DNA of 64,000 nucleotides from an uncultured virus (IMG/VR IMGVR_UViG_3300013936_000020) (IMGVR_UViG_3300013936_000020), one strand, 5' to 3'; shown: positions 47,401-57,345, numbered from the stretch's first letter. A program made the numbers and translations. Notes: generated by a model not told the origin, from the sequence alone.

Positions 47401-49602
47401 GATGGACAGGCAAAGGAAAGGTTCAAAAAAGCGGACCAGTACAACGAGTGGAAGAAAATCGTTGACCTCCTTCGCGGTAATTATAAAGATGCTTTAACGA
47501 AATCTGCCGACATCATTGAGAAGGCTCTCGGCTACGAGGAGCAAATTGTTGTTGTCACAAACAAGTACAAAGACATCATAGATGGAGCGAACAAGGTTGG
47601 CAACACGAGGGCTGCGATAGCCGCAACTCAGCAGAGAGACAAGGAAATCGGCGACATAAAGATCAAGAAATTTAAAGAGTCCAACGATTACTTGAATTTC
47701 TATGGAGCAATTTACTCCCTTGGCACTAAGGAGGCTCAGAAGATAGCCAAGAAGATTCGCGAGAATCTTAACAAGGCTTTGGCTGACGGATCCATTTCCG
47801 CAAGAGAATACGGAAAGGAAATCGAGGCGTTGCAGAAGCAGTTGCAGAAGCTAAGTGAAATACAGCCGTCATTTCTTCATGGTGGACTAAACGGTATTGT
47901 GCAAGGGATGAAGAACAGAGGCTCGTCCCAGATGGCACAGGGGCAGAATATGTATGACACATCGAAGCAAGCCTTCAATATCGCGCAACAACTTGGAGAC
48001 GCAAACGCCATGCAGGGAGCACAGAAAGGCATGGACGCAGGGCAAACCATGTCGGAAGGAGGAGAACAGCTCATGCAGGGAGCTGGTGAGATGGAAGGCG
48101 CAATTGCCATGATAGACACCATCATTCACGGAATCAACGACATGGTACAGGGCATGAACGACACGTTCCAAGACATCAAGGAGACGGCCGACGCATTGGG
48201 GTACGACACGACTACTGACGATTGGAGCGACGCTGGTACGTTCTTTAGTTCGTTCTCTAATGCCAGCAATTCTGCGACAAAAGGTTGGGACTCGTTGAAG
48301 GAAGGCAACATTGGAGGTGTCATCTCTGGTGTCGTAGGCTCGTGGACCGGATGGATAAAGGGATACGCTCAAGGCCACGACCAAAAACTTGACAATCAGA
48401 TAAAGATTGCGGAAAGACAAGCGACCCTGTTGAAGAACATCTCCGACAACACGAAGTCCGTAGTCGAGAACACCCTTGGAGGAATATATAACTACAAGGC
48501 GAGCGACTATACGAAAAACAATCTTGAATCGGTGAAAAACGATTACGAGAAAAGGAAACGCCTTGAGTCAGAATTGTATGGAACTAAAGGCAACAATGTT
48601 GCTGGCGACTCCGTGAAAGGTTCTCTCATAGGGTCGGCAGTCGGTCCTATCGGTGCGATAGCAGGTGGACTTGTCGGTGGAGTCGTCTCGTTGTTCTCAG
48701 ACAAGAGAAAGAAACTCAAAAAGGAGATAAACAAACTCCCCGACTACAGCGACGAGACCTATGCACGGACAAACAAGGCATTGAGTTCAGGAACCGCATA
48801 CGACACAGAACTTGCCTCTTTGATGGGTCAACGAGACATGTTGAAGAAGCAGAGGGAGGACGAAGCGGGAAAAAAGAAATCAGACGCTGACAAACTCGCC
48901 GATTACGACAAGCAGATTGAGGACATGCGAATTGAGATTGACAATTTCGCCAAGGATTTCTTGAAGGACGTCTACTCCATCGACATGAAGAGTTGGGCAA
49001 GCGAGCTTACAGATACCGTCGTTTCAGCCTGGGAGAAAGGAGAGGACGCTGTTGATGCGTATCGCGATAAGGTTAAGGACATGGTTAAGGATGTAACGAA
49101 GAATATCGTCACACAAAAGATCATGGAAAATGCTTTATCGAAGCCTCTAAGTTTTCTTACAGGAATCCTGGAAGAGAAGGGGAAGCTCGACGAGACGGAC
49201 ATGAATGAACTTGCCGACCAGTTATTTAAGGTTGGTGATGAAGTCGTTCCTCAAATCACGGGGGTTTTCGAGGCTTTGAAGAACAAAGGGTTGGATTTAA
49301 GAGAGAACGGAAGTTCTTCGACTACAAATTCCATCAAGGGTATAACCGAGGAGACTGCCGACTTGTTGGCTTCGTATCTAAATTCCGTAAGGTTGGATGT
49401 GTCTGCCATTCGTGAGATGCAAGGAACGTTCCTGCCGGAGATGAGCGAGATTGCGAAGTCACAGCTTACGCAACTTAATCTTATAGCACAGAATACCTTG
49501 CGCAATGCGGATGCGGCGGAGCGAATCGAGACTATCTTCATTGAGTACAACGATAATTTCAACAGGGTGCTCAACGGCACGAAATCTTTAAAAATGAAAT
49601 AA
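41470..49602 (+). CDS. Tape measure protein (2710 aa)
   Basis: Very long helical ORF with a tape-measure domain (LALNSPFTFSEL...AFGQVQARGWLDGKELRQ). Confidence 0.92.
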   Translation: MADGNLGSLWMSLGLKDATSSALKKIQQELSGTDDKAKKVQDAIKEIQKGLKSDNSAAFGGALNKLSELLKKSKSEAKDLSVVLDSLGKKGGIHELLNGNISTKNIASYLDIIQRLKSEISGLGRAPGVETFDLFNSLNKAQSYLSIIQDIRGELKTLRDTKENTSDKSRLNDLTQLIEQYKQLRVAMVETFNNGKWNQQAGKDLSSQHSELLVKTVQYFNEISTKSAQAGTAVENSTNAATEALKKEEQQAKKTAEAIEKVNTERQKKPAVMKEAFQENAFTKAVDKIVNSKESIKEVGNDFAGVKKNADDAKGAIESLKTSINEILNAFRGSASKTLGVGEAGEKGRQYVDILAQANKKLEELSKKEGGDKLVSQLKFMIDNAQKYLNLMQQVEEKYKEVSNIRNINPNVDSKQLKEALGVIENFRQKLLDLESGRFLTGVDKANVLSNYQSAWKNTITSVKGMTEGLKVDNTLSDLKNKSDKANSALSSLETQIEKVKRSIDFGKANGYNTDRLFDNLTALNNRKAEFERVLEKDTKRLNDATYMNGLYSETQKDLNLARNAMKDFGNVVEKVKSQEKGLSDEYDRKKRQSAQYLDQLNKEGLALQKNAEIQQKLAAQQEKAWISQTKSGFRGGRYLMPENERAAQGYRDIAKAYQTSANQLQAKYNEDKANFSKQLDEYAKLYKTIEDKLRAISPNMDGRGIDGKGLKGKDRSYYEGLVRDLGYMKNDAEAKQMANISDLEAQAQKIKELIRLVEKYNQLAESASKATYKPYNASSYEQKRVSETAALKNAIIERAKAEEKAEKDRKKNAAEAKADEKQRQNEIEITKRRIQSLTYAMEKLQGKVSEGQSLKVDTSKAEAKVKSLEQEIQSLRVMQSNLEGAGWKAYLGDVGQFGNGRSVREANHLAQEQAAANREAQKGIEIEQKRQAEIAKSAAKVQSDLVRGFERANNHAGKLNSTVQDLKSLFLQGGLVFGAQQFAMSIITTGGEMEKQHIALQSILGDMQNANTMFNQIKELALNSPFTFSELNRDVKQLAAYGVEYDQLYDTTKRLADMSSGLGVSFDRIALAFGQVQARGWLDGKELRQIAYAGIPLLNKLSEFYSKQEGRNVSTSEIKTRISNRDVSFDDVKSIFWQMTNEGGQFYNMQQTLSETLLGRYNKLKDAWEIMLADFANGNSLVGSFFKTAIEGATALVQSLHSLAMPVGTIFAGYVLKKMLAGNTASSFLSNKANIASNIESRVLQGQQVSQIEQRILATKNQIAGADLRALANAKALTTEKLNQLRLSGQITAEQYNTYRGIVLRQTGEAGVLARLKMTLASMRQITATSALASLKSVWPSFATSALASLKSVWPSFATSALASFRIIGTGIKSMASTVWTAIGGLPGLIVTALTLGITSAISSYQELSQKIKQTQDEIADKNNQISKFLQDNNVAVTIAGGDTKEIDNMIDSYKDKLKELAPYSYKNMLMTADEKKSHVERLKYLEQEVKLLREANDVANSKMSNRGFYSDLEDVTKDAYEKLENRLQMRTDAMAPNASQGDKDLYANEKAYGDYIEKLKDTLEKKFGDIGKDEKIREAAMQSMNAIFSEMGVPEDKAEIIRSSVLQAFGCGEKSTWLQSEVSSSMIGLIDKSFPMIGEKIKASLPLTEAEQAKVKELMKDAKNGLINQYPELEQTLKRMLAESNFEAVIKLVFDTGDKLNDVQSTLVGRIPSMIDPNSSLGAKYRKRAEEYGKDNSWYKGSNLSNQRIDDAKNEWQSAVKRHAPNVKEIYQNYLDEMTIARTLLYNYYKGEGKKSNKPGKKNSGGRKEDTELKNLQERLNSLKSARQMYQKYQTIMSDDEAKEKTLKLFPEVTGLNLNDYQKAVRELLKGFKINTSERKKFQTSIYREVAEWIFSEKDKKAFDEKAATFNEEMNKLSERWDLYKTLLEKTGNKNFAESSWIDAFQMDEKTKSLMDEWYAHYGEVFNLEDSLKLTDGQAKERFKKADQYNEWKKIVDLLRGNYKDALTKSADIIEKALGYEEQIVVVTNKYKDIIDGANKVGNTRAAIAATQQRDKEIGDIKIKKFKESNDYLNFYGAIYSLGTKEAQKIAKKIRENLNKALADGSISAREYGKEIEALQKQLQKLSEIQPSFLHGGLNGIVQGMKNRGSSQMAQGQNMYDTSKQAFNIAQQLGDANAMQGAQKGMDAGQTMSEGGEQLMQGAGEMEGAIAMIDTIIHGINDMVQGMNDTFQDIKETADALGYDTTTDDWSDAGTFFSSFSNASNSATKGWDSLKEGNIGGVISGVVGSWTGWIKGYAQGHDQKLDNQIKIAERQATLLKNISDNTKSVVENTLGGIYNYKASDYTKNNLESVKNDYEKRKRLESELYGTKGNNVAGDSVKGSLIGSAVGPIGAIAGGLVGGVVSLFSDKRKKLKKEINKLPDYSDETYARTNKALSSGTAYDTELASLMGQRDMLKKQREDEAGKKKSDADKLADYDKQIEDMRIEIDNFAKDFLKDVYSIDMKSWASELTDTVVSAWEKGEDAVDAYRDKVKDMVKDVTKNIVTQKIMENALSKPLSFLTGILEEKGKLDETDMNELADQLFKVGDEVVPQITGVFEALKNKGLDLRENGSSSTTNSIKGITEETADLLASYLNSVRLDVSAIREMQGTFLPEMSEIAKSQLTQLNLIAQNTLRNADAAERIETIFIEYNDNFNRVLNGTKSLKMK
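45454..45563 (+). repeat. 45-bp tandem repeat (about 2.4 copies) inside the tape measure gene
   Basis: GCAACCTCCGCYTTAGCATCATTGAAGAGTGTATGGCCAAGTTTT starting at 45454, 45499 and 45544 (partial). Confidence 0.95.
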
Positions 49603-49604
49603 CT

Positions 49605-50117
49605 ATGTTTGAAAAGAAAAATTTATCAGAAAAGATGAAGAACGAGGCTGTTTCGCTGGGTCTTTGCGCTCAGTGGACCGCCGAGTGGCAGGACAACTCA
49701 TCGAAGGACGAGATGGTCGAGAAGTTCGTCAGAGGCATTGACTTCTGCATAGGCAGGAATTGGCCTTCCACGAAGGATATGAAGAAATACTTTGGCGACG
49801 TGATTCACGATCATGGAGTGTATGTTGACGAAAACGTTGACTTGAAGAATCCGAAGATTGCCATTTTGAACGGAGAGTGTGTCGCCCATATTGACTACGA
49901 TTGGATGGATAGCGGAGAGATTTACGTTAGACACGAATCCTCGCTGTACCTGAAAGTTAAAGGGTTCTCAAAGGTGTTCGTTAACTTGCTTGACGATGCA
50001 GAGCTTCACGTTGAATGCGAGGATACCGCAAGGGTGTTCGTGTATCAATACGGAGGAAAAGTGGTGAAGTCTTCGAGCAATGTTACTATTCGAGACAGGC
50101 AGGATTTTAAATTTTAA
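49605..50117 (+). CDS. Hypothetical protein
   Basis: 170-aa ORF coupled to the tape measure gene. Confidence 0.7.
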   Translation: MFEKKNLSEKMKNEAVSLGLCAQWTAEWQDNSSKDEMVEKFVRGIDFCIGRNWPSTKDMKKYFGDVIHDHGVYVDENVDLKNPKIAILNGECVAHIDYDWMDSGEIYVRHESSLYLKVKGFSKVFVNLLDDAELHVECEDTARVFVYQYGGKVVKSSSNVTIRDRQDFKF

Positions 50118-50192
50118 GCATATTTATGCAAATATAATTGCATATTTATGCAGAAAGTTGTATATTTGCAGCATAAATAGTTTGATTAAGGT

Positions 50193-50684
50193 ATGCAAGA
50201 CAAGTATTTCAGGATTTACATGCAAAGGGAGGTTGGTGATGCCGAGGTAATCGACACCATCGCCTCCTTCGGCATGTATGTGAGCGAGAGCCCATTCAAG
50301 CCTTGCGCTGACGTGAAAGAGCCAACGAAGAGGTCTTGGAACGACGAGCACGGAGACGACGAGTACATCGGACCAGATGGGCTTTATATGGCATCCTATG
50401 AGAACAAGGTTAAGTTTCTGTTCAAGGGGGACGCCTTCGGTGCGAACGAGAAATGCAAGGCTTTCATCGAGTACCTGAGAGGCGGGATGATGAAAATGTA
50501 CTGCGAGTTCAATCGGATAGGCAGACAGCACGTAAGACTAAAAAGCATCGACCCGAACTTGTATAGAGACCCGGACAACGACGACATACTCACCATGTCG
50601 GTGACATTCAAGTTCAACGACCCGACGACGGACATCAAGCCATTGATGAAGGACTCAAACGGCAAACCAACAAAATTAGGATAG
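50193..50684 (+). CDS. Distal tail protein-like
   Basis: Position between the tape measure gene and the large tail gene; TATATTTG promoter at 50161. Confidence 0.55.
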   Translation: MQDKYFRIYMQREVGDAEVIDTIASFGMYVSESPFKPCADVKEPTKRSWNDEHGDDEYIGPDGLYMASYENKVKFLFKGDAFGANEKCKAFIEYLRGGMMKMYCEFNRIGRQHVRLKSIDPNLYRDPDNDDILTMSVTFKFNDPTTDIKPLMKDSNGKPTKLG

Positions 50685-50690
50685 ACAGAC

Positions 50691-53600
50691 ATGAGTACAT
50701 GGAACATATATCATAAGGACGGCTCGAAGCTAACAGATGTCAACAGCGAGCAGATAATCGTTCACGGACTGGAATACTCCGATTCGTGGAAGGGCGAATG
50801 CTATGTGACCATCAACTTCAAGAACAACGCCCCGATAGACTTCCGGATTGGCGACTATCTTGTCTATCGTGTCGAGCGTTTCGAGCTAAACTACGAGCCT
50901 GGAAAGGATAAACAGGCAAGGAAGGACACCTACGGAGAAGGCTTTGTTTATGACAGCGTTAAGTTCAACGCTATGCAGGACGAGCTTTCGAGGGCAGAGT
51001 TTTTGGACGTTGTTCTTCACGACAACGAGCTTCATTATACAGCTCTTCCGAAATTTAGCTTCTATGTTGAGACCTTGGACGACTTACTCGACAGAATCCA
51101 GGCAAACCTCAACGAACAGATTGGCGAGGGCGAGTGGAAGATATTCTCTCGCAGTATGGAACGCTCAGTGCAGCGCGGCGTTACTAAGGCAGAATGGAAC
51201 GCCGCTTATGGAGAGAAGACCACTAACGATGTAATCGACTCTAAGTCCATCACCATCGACTCGAAGAAATGCTGGGAGGCGTTGGCTTTGGTGAACAGCG
51301 AGTGGGGCGTGAACTTCATCGTTCGCGGCAGAAACATCTACGTTGGTACTGCGGGAGTTGTCGCAAGCCACATATTTAAGTATGGCCTTGGAGAAGGTCT
51401 CTACGAGATCGAGCAGAACGCAGATTCCGAGCAACAAGTAATCACGAGGCTGAGGGCTTATGGCTCTGAGAAGAACCTTCCGTCCCACTACTACGCGGAC
51501 TTGGGAGTGAAGTATAAGGCGAGCATCACATCCGTAGACATTGCCGTCTACGACAGATACGATTACGTTAGTTTTTCACTCGATCTTGATTACATTGAGA
51601 CATACTTCAAGACTCCCAGGACGTATAATAACGGAAAGGATAGCGGCGGATTCGTCCTGCAAGTCACATTTGACTTCAAGACAGTCATCACTGGTTACGT
51701 AAGGGCTATTACATCGGACAAGAAATGCCTTTTCTATTCTGAGGTACGTGGAAAGGACAACGACACTGGAGACGAGCCTTCAAAGGCGAATCTTTACGCA
51801 TTCATCTCGCAACTAAGGGAAGGACGAACTCTGTTGTATATCGTAAGCGGTCTCAACACGAAGAATATTCCGAGCAAGCACAAGGAATATGCGAAGAACC
51901 TTCCGAACAACATGTCCATCAACAGACTCATGTTGCCAGGATTTCCGCACGTATCTTTGCAGGAGTACTATGATTCACTGTCTGAGGCGGAGAAGAAGTA
52001 CGTAAACCCTTCTGGGCGTGAGCACAAGTTTTCTACGGATCCTCACAGACCGTATATCGACTCCATCAACATCGACAAGATTGGTCTCCGTTCAGAGTCT
52101 CAGTTCTTCGACCAGGACGATAAGACGAACGGAATTGTCGAAATATATCCTACCATCGAGGAGATGGTAATCAACGATGTTCGTATCGACGAAATCAACG
52201 AGGGTGTTGCTCCGGATGATGATGGTAGATACGACGATAGTACAGATGGTCCAGCGAACATTGATATTTACCTTTCTCCATCCATAGACTTCGATATTAA
52301 CGACTTGAAGGATAGCGACTTCGCAATCTCAATGAAGGATGGCTATTGCGGCGGACGAACATTCAATGTAGCGTCATCTACAAAGGTTGACGGAAGATGG
52401 AGGCTCACCATCGAGCGTGTCAAGGACGATGCTTTGGACTTGTATTTCCCATACAAGGATTACCCTATCAGAAAAGGCGACCATTTCGTTCTTACCGGCA
52501 TCACCCTACCCGACTCCTATGTGAAAGCAGCGTCGTTGAAGCTCTTGAAGTATGCCATTGCCTTGCTTGACAAGAACGACTATACCCGCTACGTCTATCA
52601 GCCAAAGGTCGATGAGATTTTCATGGCAAGGCAGAACGACCAGGCGAACGCAGACGAGACCGGCACAATCAAGAGCCTGTACCAGACATTGAAGGCGGGA
52701 GATTTGATGGACTTCAAGGACACCGACCTCAATATCGAGGGTCAGATAACCATCGACCAACTCACGATCAAGGAAGAGGATGGCAAGATACCTACCTACG
52801 AGGTTACGCTCCGAGAAGACAAGGAGGTCGGCACGATTCAAAAGATCCAGCAGCAGATTTCGTCTCTTGAAAGTGGCAACGGAGGTTCTGGAGCAGGAAT
52901 GACAGTTAGTCAAGTAAAGAGTCAGATAGCTGCTGAAGGAAGCAAGTATTACCTTTCCAAGCTCTCCGACGACGTTTCGCAAGGCTTGATTACTTTCCTG
53001 AAAGGGGTGAAGATAGGAAAGAATGGAAAGGGCTTGGATAAGGATGGAAACGGCATTCTTGGTGACGTGACGATGGAAGATGTCGTTGTTGACAGAATAC
53101 ACGACAAGAACAGCACTCCGTCTAACAGGGTGATAGTTGGTGCGCAAGGCTTTGACCTATACATGGGCGAGGACGGAAAGTCACATCTATATGTTGATTA
53201 CTTGACGACGAGAACTAAGTTTTTTGCTGCGGCTTCGGAAGTGAGGAAGATTTCATATTCTGGCGGAACGACTATATTCAGTAACGCAGGTTCTACTATT
53301 GTCAAGGTGTCCTACATCTTTGACTCGTCAGGTAAGAACGTCATCGCATACAAGTGTTACGCCACTGCCGACGATGGCACTACAAGGACGATGAACTGGT
53401 GGCATGTTGGAATGATGGCTCTGTGCCAGACTTTCAATGTGAAGGCTGGCATCAAGGACGAGTCGTTGAGCAATCGCTACTACTGGAGACTTGTGATAGG
53501 TGTCGGGCAGGAGATTCTTGACGATGGGAAGTTGTATGATTTCGTCGTGCTCTCCAACATGAAGTCGTTCCAAGGCAATTTGTCCGTATTGCCAAAGTAC

Positions 53601-56003
53601 TCTGACAGAAAGTTGGCGGACGGAAATAGCAATGTGTTGAAGTTCGGTAATATCATGGTAGCCGTCACGATGTACAATGGTCTTGCCTCTATGTCGGAGA
53701 TATTCGAGGAACAGGAGGGCTTTACCGTTGACAGCGGAGGTACGAAGGTGTCTGACCGCATATTTTATGGTTATGAGCCAAACGAGGACGGTGGAGAGCC
53801 TGACGCACCGCAGCCTTACGACGTGATTGTTCAGGCAGGAGACCAGATTCAGTGGAAGAAGTATGGCAATGTTATCAAGTTGGCTACTTCGACGGAGGAC
53901 GGAGAGACGGACAACGCACCCTCCTTCTCCATGTATCACTCGATGGGTGCTCCCTATTCCACTGGCTCGAAGGACAGCGACGGGAACGACATCATCAACC
54001 CTTTTCAATGGAAGACGATGACGCAGCTGTTGTCGCCTGAGATGGAGTTGCACAATGCTGCCAACTTCAAGTTCTTCACGGACTCGCCAGACAACCTCAT
54101 AGACCCTATAACTGTCTATTATGAGATTGTTCCGAGCAGTCAGACGTTGATTAGGCATCCTGCCACGAAGACGGCGACACCAAGCGACATAACCTTTGAG
54201 CTCGTCAAGCACACTGGCAACAAGGTAGAGACAGTTCCGACGGGCAATTATTTATTTGTTGCAAGTGGAAGGAATGCCCCTGGTGATACATTTCAAGGCA
54301 CATTGTTTAAGAGTAGTTTGCTTGAGATAACCAAATATTTCCCAAGTATATATGCTGTTGAGGAATTTAATGTTCAATGCTATGACATTAAACATTTAGT
54401 AGGAAAGCCACTTGCTTCGTTTTCGCTTCCTGTGCTTACGGATGGCATTGATGGAGTTGATGGTAAATCTGCGCTTGAAGTCACCGTCTCGCCTGATACG
54501 CTCGTGTTTGATACGGACAGCAATGGAAAGGTTTCCGACACTGAGAGCCACATTGCGTCTATTGTGTGCAAACTCAAAGGAAAGAATGTGACTTCGGAAT
54601 GTCATTTCAGCGTTTATCAGACCAAGAATTGCAAGGCTTCAATCACGTTCACTCCCGACAACAGCTCTTGTCTTGTCACTGTCAGCGGGATAACGTCGCA
54701 AACGGTTAAGGTAAATACCGAGGATGTTGCCGTAAGCAACACAAGCGGTTATGCGGTAGTCACATTCGAACATGATGGCGTGGCGTATAATGCGCAAGTC
54801 AACTTCTCCGTCAACGTTTCAAAGTTCTCGGCAAGCCTTGTCGCAGACAACAAGCAGATGAGCATAAGATATACGGAGATAAGCAATGCTTTGGATGACG
54901 TGCCGATTAAGACAGATGATGAGCTGTCCCAATATACTTCCAGTATCGAACAGAGTGCGAGAAACATATCCTTGCAAGTGACTCAGGAGTCGCTAAAGGG
55001 AGCAGGCATGGAAATCACCTCGTCGGGAGTGACCCTCTACGGTGACAAGATACTTGTCAAGAACGGCAGCGCCACGGCGGCTCTCTTCACAGGCGGAAAA
55101 TTGAACGCCACCTTGATAGACGCCGACAAGATAGAGGTGAAGCACCTCTGGGCGAAGTCGGAGGACGGAAACACCAAGGTGGGGTATTTCGGCAATTACG
55201 AGGTTGACGAGGCAAAGGACGACAACGATGTCCTTTATCCTCTTTGGGTAGGAGCTGGAGAGGCGAAGGACGCACCTTTCCGTGTCAGCGAGAAAGGGCA
55301 CTTGACAACGACAAGCGCAACTCTCGGAACGTGGACGCTAAAAGCTGGATTGCTTGAATATGATACAGGATACGAGGGGGCAGACCCAGGGATGGCTCTA
55401 ACGAACAACAACCTTATATTCCGAGAATATACATCGCATACTCATGTCAGGAAAAGGATGGTGTGGATTGGTGATTATACACCGTCTGGCAACATTCCTA
55501 TCATCCAAAGTAATATTTGTATAGAGGACAAGTTTTCAGCAGAGTATTATGACGAGATAAAAACTGGGTTAAGGGTGTCTATTGAGGGTTGCAACGATTC
55601 CTTGCAATACTCAGATGCCAACTATAATGGAGAAAAAGGAAGCGCAGTGTTCGGAAACTTCGCCATCTACGCCGAGAAGGGCATGTACGCAGGACTTAGA
55701 CCTATGTCGAGGACTATCAGTCGCAGTTGTGCCATCACCGACATGGACTTCTTTATCCACGTGGACGGAGGAAGCGGTCAGACGTTCGCCTTGCCAGCTT
55801 CGCCACAACGAGGGCAGATGTACTGGTTCCTCCATTCCCAGGCTGGCAACTTTAAAATCAATGGCAACGGAAAGAATCTCTATGCGCCTGCGGCAGGCAA
55901 CCCGGCAGGAACGTTAACGTTCAATACCCCAGGCGAACTTCTCATCGTATGGTTTGACGGCAATATCTGGCGAGTGGTATGGACCAAGGGACAGTGGAAT
56001 TAA
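50691..56003 (+). CDS. Large tail tip / baseplate hub protein (1770 aa)
   Basis: ITRLRAYGSEKNLP segment typical of tail-tip proteins; beta-rich C-terminus. Confidence 0.75.
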   Translation: MSTWNIYHKDGSKLTDVNSEQIIVHGLEYSDSWKGECYVTINFKNNAPIDFRIGDYLVYRVERFELNYEPGKDKQARKDTYGEGFVYDSVKFNAMQDELSRAEFLDVVLHDNELHYTALPKFSFYVETLDDLLDRIQANLNEQIGEGEWKIFSRSMERSVQRGVTKAEWNAAYGEKTTNDVIDSKSITIDSKKCWEALALVNSEWGVNFIVRGRNIYVGTAGVVASHIFKYGLGEGLYEIEQNADSEQQVITRLRAYGSEKNLPSHYYADLGVKYKASITSVDIAVYDRYDYVSFSLDLDYIETYFKTPRTYNNGKDSGGFVLQVTFDFKTVITGYVRAITSDKKCLFYSEVRGKDNDTGDEPSKANLYAFISQLREGRTLLYIVSGLNTKNIPSKHKEYAKNLPNNMSINRLMLPGFPHVSLQEYYDSLSEAEKKYVNPSGREHKFSTDPHRPYIDSINIDKIGLRSESQFFDQDDKTNGIVEIYPTIEEMVINDVRIDEINEGVAPDDDGRYDDSTDGPANIDIYLSPSIDFDINDLKDSDFAISMKDGYCGGRTFNVASSTKVDGRWRLTIERVKDDALDLYFPYKDYPIRKGDHFVLTGITLPDSYVKAASLKLLKYAIALLDKNDYTRYVYQPKVDEIFMARQNDQANADETGTIKSLYQTLKAGDLMDFKDTDLNIEGQITIDQLTIKEEDGKIPTYEVTLREDKEVGTIQKIQQQISSLESGNGGSGAGMTVSQVKSQIAAEGSKYYLSKLSDDVSQGLITFLKGVKIGKNGKGLDKDGNGILGDVTMEDVVVDRIHDKNSTPSNRVIVGAQGFDLYMGEDGKSHLYVDYLTTRTKFFAAASEVRKISYSGGTTIFSNAGSTIVKVSYIFDSSGKNVIAYKCYATADDGTTRTMNWWHVGMMALCQTFNVKAGIKDESLSNRYYWRLVIGVGQEILDDGKLYDFVVLSNMKSFQGNLSVLPKYSDRKLADGNSNVLKFGNIMVAVTMYNGLASMSEIFEEQEGFTVDSGGTKVSDRIFYGYEPNEDGGEPDAPQPYDVIVQAGDQIQWKKYGNVIKLATSTEDGETDNAPSFSMYHSMGAPYSTGSKDSDGNDIINPFQWKTMTQLLSPEMELHNAANFKFFTDSPDNLIDPITVYYEIVPSSQTLIRHPATKTATPSDITFELVKHTGNKVETVPTGNYLFVASGRNAPGDTFQGTLFKSSLLEITKYFPSIYAVEEFNVQCYDIKHLVGKPLASFSLPVLTDGIDGVDGKSALEVTVSPDTLVFDTDSNGKVSDTESHIASIVCKLKGKNVTSECHFSVYQTKNCKASITFTPDNSSCLVTVSGITSQTVKVNTEDVAVSNTSGYAVVTFEHDGVAYNAQVNFSVNVSKFSASLVADNKQMSIRYTEISNALDDVPIKTDDELSQYTSSIEQSARNISLQVTQESLKGAGMEITSSGVTLYGDKILVKNGSATAALFTGGKLNATLIDADKIEVKHLWAKSEDGNTKVGYFGNYEVDEAKDDNDVLYPLWVGAGEAKDAPFRVSEKGHLTTTSATLGTWTLKAGLLEYDTGYEGADPGMALTNNNLIFREYTSHTHVRKRMVWIGDYTPSGNIPIIQSNICIEDKFSAEYYDEIKTGLRVSIEGCNDSLQYSDANYNGEKGSAVFGNFAIYAEKGMYAGLRPMSRTISRSCAITDMDFFIHVDGGSGQTFALPASPQRGQMYWFLHSQAGNFKINGNGKNLYAPAAGNPAGTLTFNTPGELLIVWFDGNIWRVVWTKGQWN

Positions 56004-56020
56004 ACATAAAAAGTTAGGAT

Positions 56021-56293
56021 ATGAAATTGAAGTTAGACAAGGTAATGGTTCGCTTCTCTCTCGACAGCGAGGAGCTGACTCCGATGGCACTTCGCAAGGA
56101 GATTGCCAACGCAATATACAAGACGGGCAAGCGTGGTCTTGCAGATGTGGCTCTCAGCACGAAGATGTGGAACGGCTCGGACGACACCGATTACTCCGAC
56201 GAGGAGGTGGATGCCATCAAGCGTTTCGTGGAGCAGAACTTCATTCCTGCCGTCATCGTGGCTGTGCAGGACGTCATCAAGAACGCCGAATAA
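56021..56293 (+). CDS. Hypothetical protein
   Basis: 90-aa ORF in the tail operon. Confidence 0.65.
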   Translation: MKLKLDKVMVRFSLDSEELTPMALRKEIANAIYKTGKRGLADVALSTKMWNGSDDTDYSDEEVDAIKRFVEQNFIPAVIVAVQDVIKNAE

Positions 56294-56307
56294 ATATCAT
56301 TTAGCTT

Positions 56308-57345
56308 ATGAAAAGAATAGTCAAGGGCAACGACTTCACGTTGCGAATACCTGTGATGAAGATGGTGGATGGAAACAAGGTTCCGTTTCCACTTCCCGCT
56401 TGCACGGACATTGTCGTGCGAGTGACCAACAGCTTCAAGCGATTCGACTTGAAGTATACCATCGACGTGAGCAACGACAACATCATCATTGCTCGTGTGG
56501 AGGGTGACAGCATTAGCCTCGGAACGTATGCCGTCGAGGTGAAGGGAAAGATTTTCGGAAACGACTGGAGAAGCAACGAGTATCCTCAGTTCCAGATTGT
56601 CAACAAGAACGCCGACGCCGACTGCGAGTTCGGCGAGACCGACGATGGCGACAACAGCGTGGAGATGGACACTGCGTTGGTCATACTCCCTCCTACGGTG
56701 GAGTTGTCAAGTCTTATCTCGGACACCAACAAGGCGTTGAAGGAAGTCAAGGCGACTGACGAGATCTTGCAGGCTAACGAGGCTGTACGTGTCGCTTCCG
56801 AGAACAAGCGTGTGTCGGAGGAACAGAGCCGCATTGATAGCGAATTGAAGCGGAGCGAAGCCGAGACATCCAGAACTGACGCTGAATCTGGAAGAGAAAG
56901 TGCCGAGCAAGAGAGAGAAAAATTTGAAAGCAAGCGGGAAGCTGACGAGAACGTCCGTACCAAGGCTGAAGCCTTACGTGTCGATTCAGAGAAGTCAAGG
57001 GAATTATCCGAGGATGATAGGTCGCAATCGGAGAATGTCAGAGTCAATGCAGAGGCTGTGCGTCAGCTTGACGAAACTCTGCGTGCGCAAGCGGAGAAAA
57101 GTAGAGAGAAGGCTGAAATGTTTCGTGTGACCACGGAAAATAGCAGGACGGAAGCCGAGGATAGTCGTGTGGAAGCGGAGAAGCAGCGCAATGTCGCTTT
57201 CGCAAAAGCTAAGGAGGACTGCGAGGCTGCGACACGAGAAGCCAACAATGCGACTGAACTTTGCAAGCAAGCTGTCAGCAAGATAAAGTACTCTGTTGAG
57301 TACGACCCAGGCAGTTATTCAATTATCATCAATACGGAGGACTAA
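56308..57345 (+). CDS. Tail / upper baseplate protein with a coiled-coil stalk
   Basis: N-terminal beta domain followed by heptad E..R...E repeats. Confidence 0.6.
   Translation: MKRIVKGNDFTLRIPVMKMVDGNKVPFPLPACTDIVVRVTNSFKRFDLKYTIDVSNDNIIIARVEGDSISLGTYAVEVKGKIFGNDWRSNEYPQFQIVNKNADADCEFGETDDGDNSVEMDTALVILPPTVELSSLISDTNKALKEVKATDEILQANEAVRVASENKRVSEEQSRIDSELKRSEAETSRTDAESGRESAEQEREKFESKREADENVRTKAEALRVDSEKSRELSEDDRSQSENVRVNAEAVRQLDETLRAQAEKSREKAEMFRVTTENSRTEAEDSRVEAEKQRNVAFAKAKEDCEAATREANNATELCKQAVSKIKYSVEYDPGSYSIIINTED

Noticed and set aside
56770..57200. Repetitive E/R/A-rich segment as a DNA repeat element
   Set aside because: It is a protein-level heptad coiled coil without exact nucleotide repeats.
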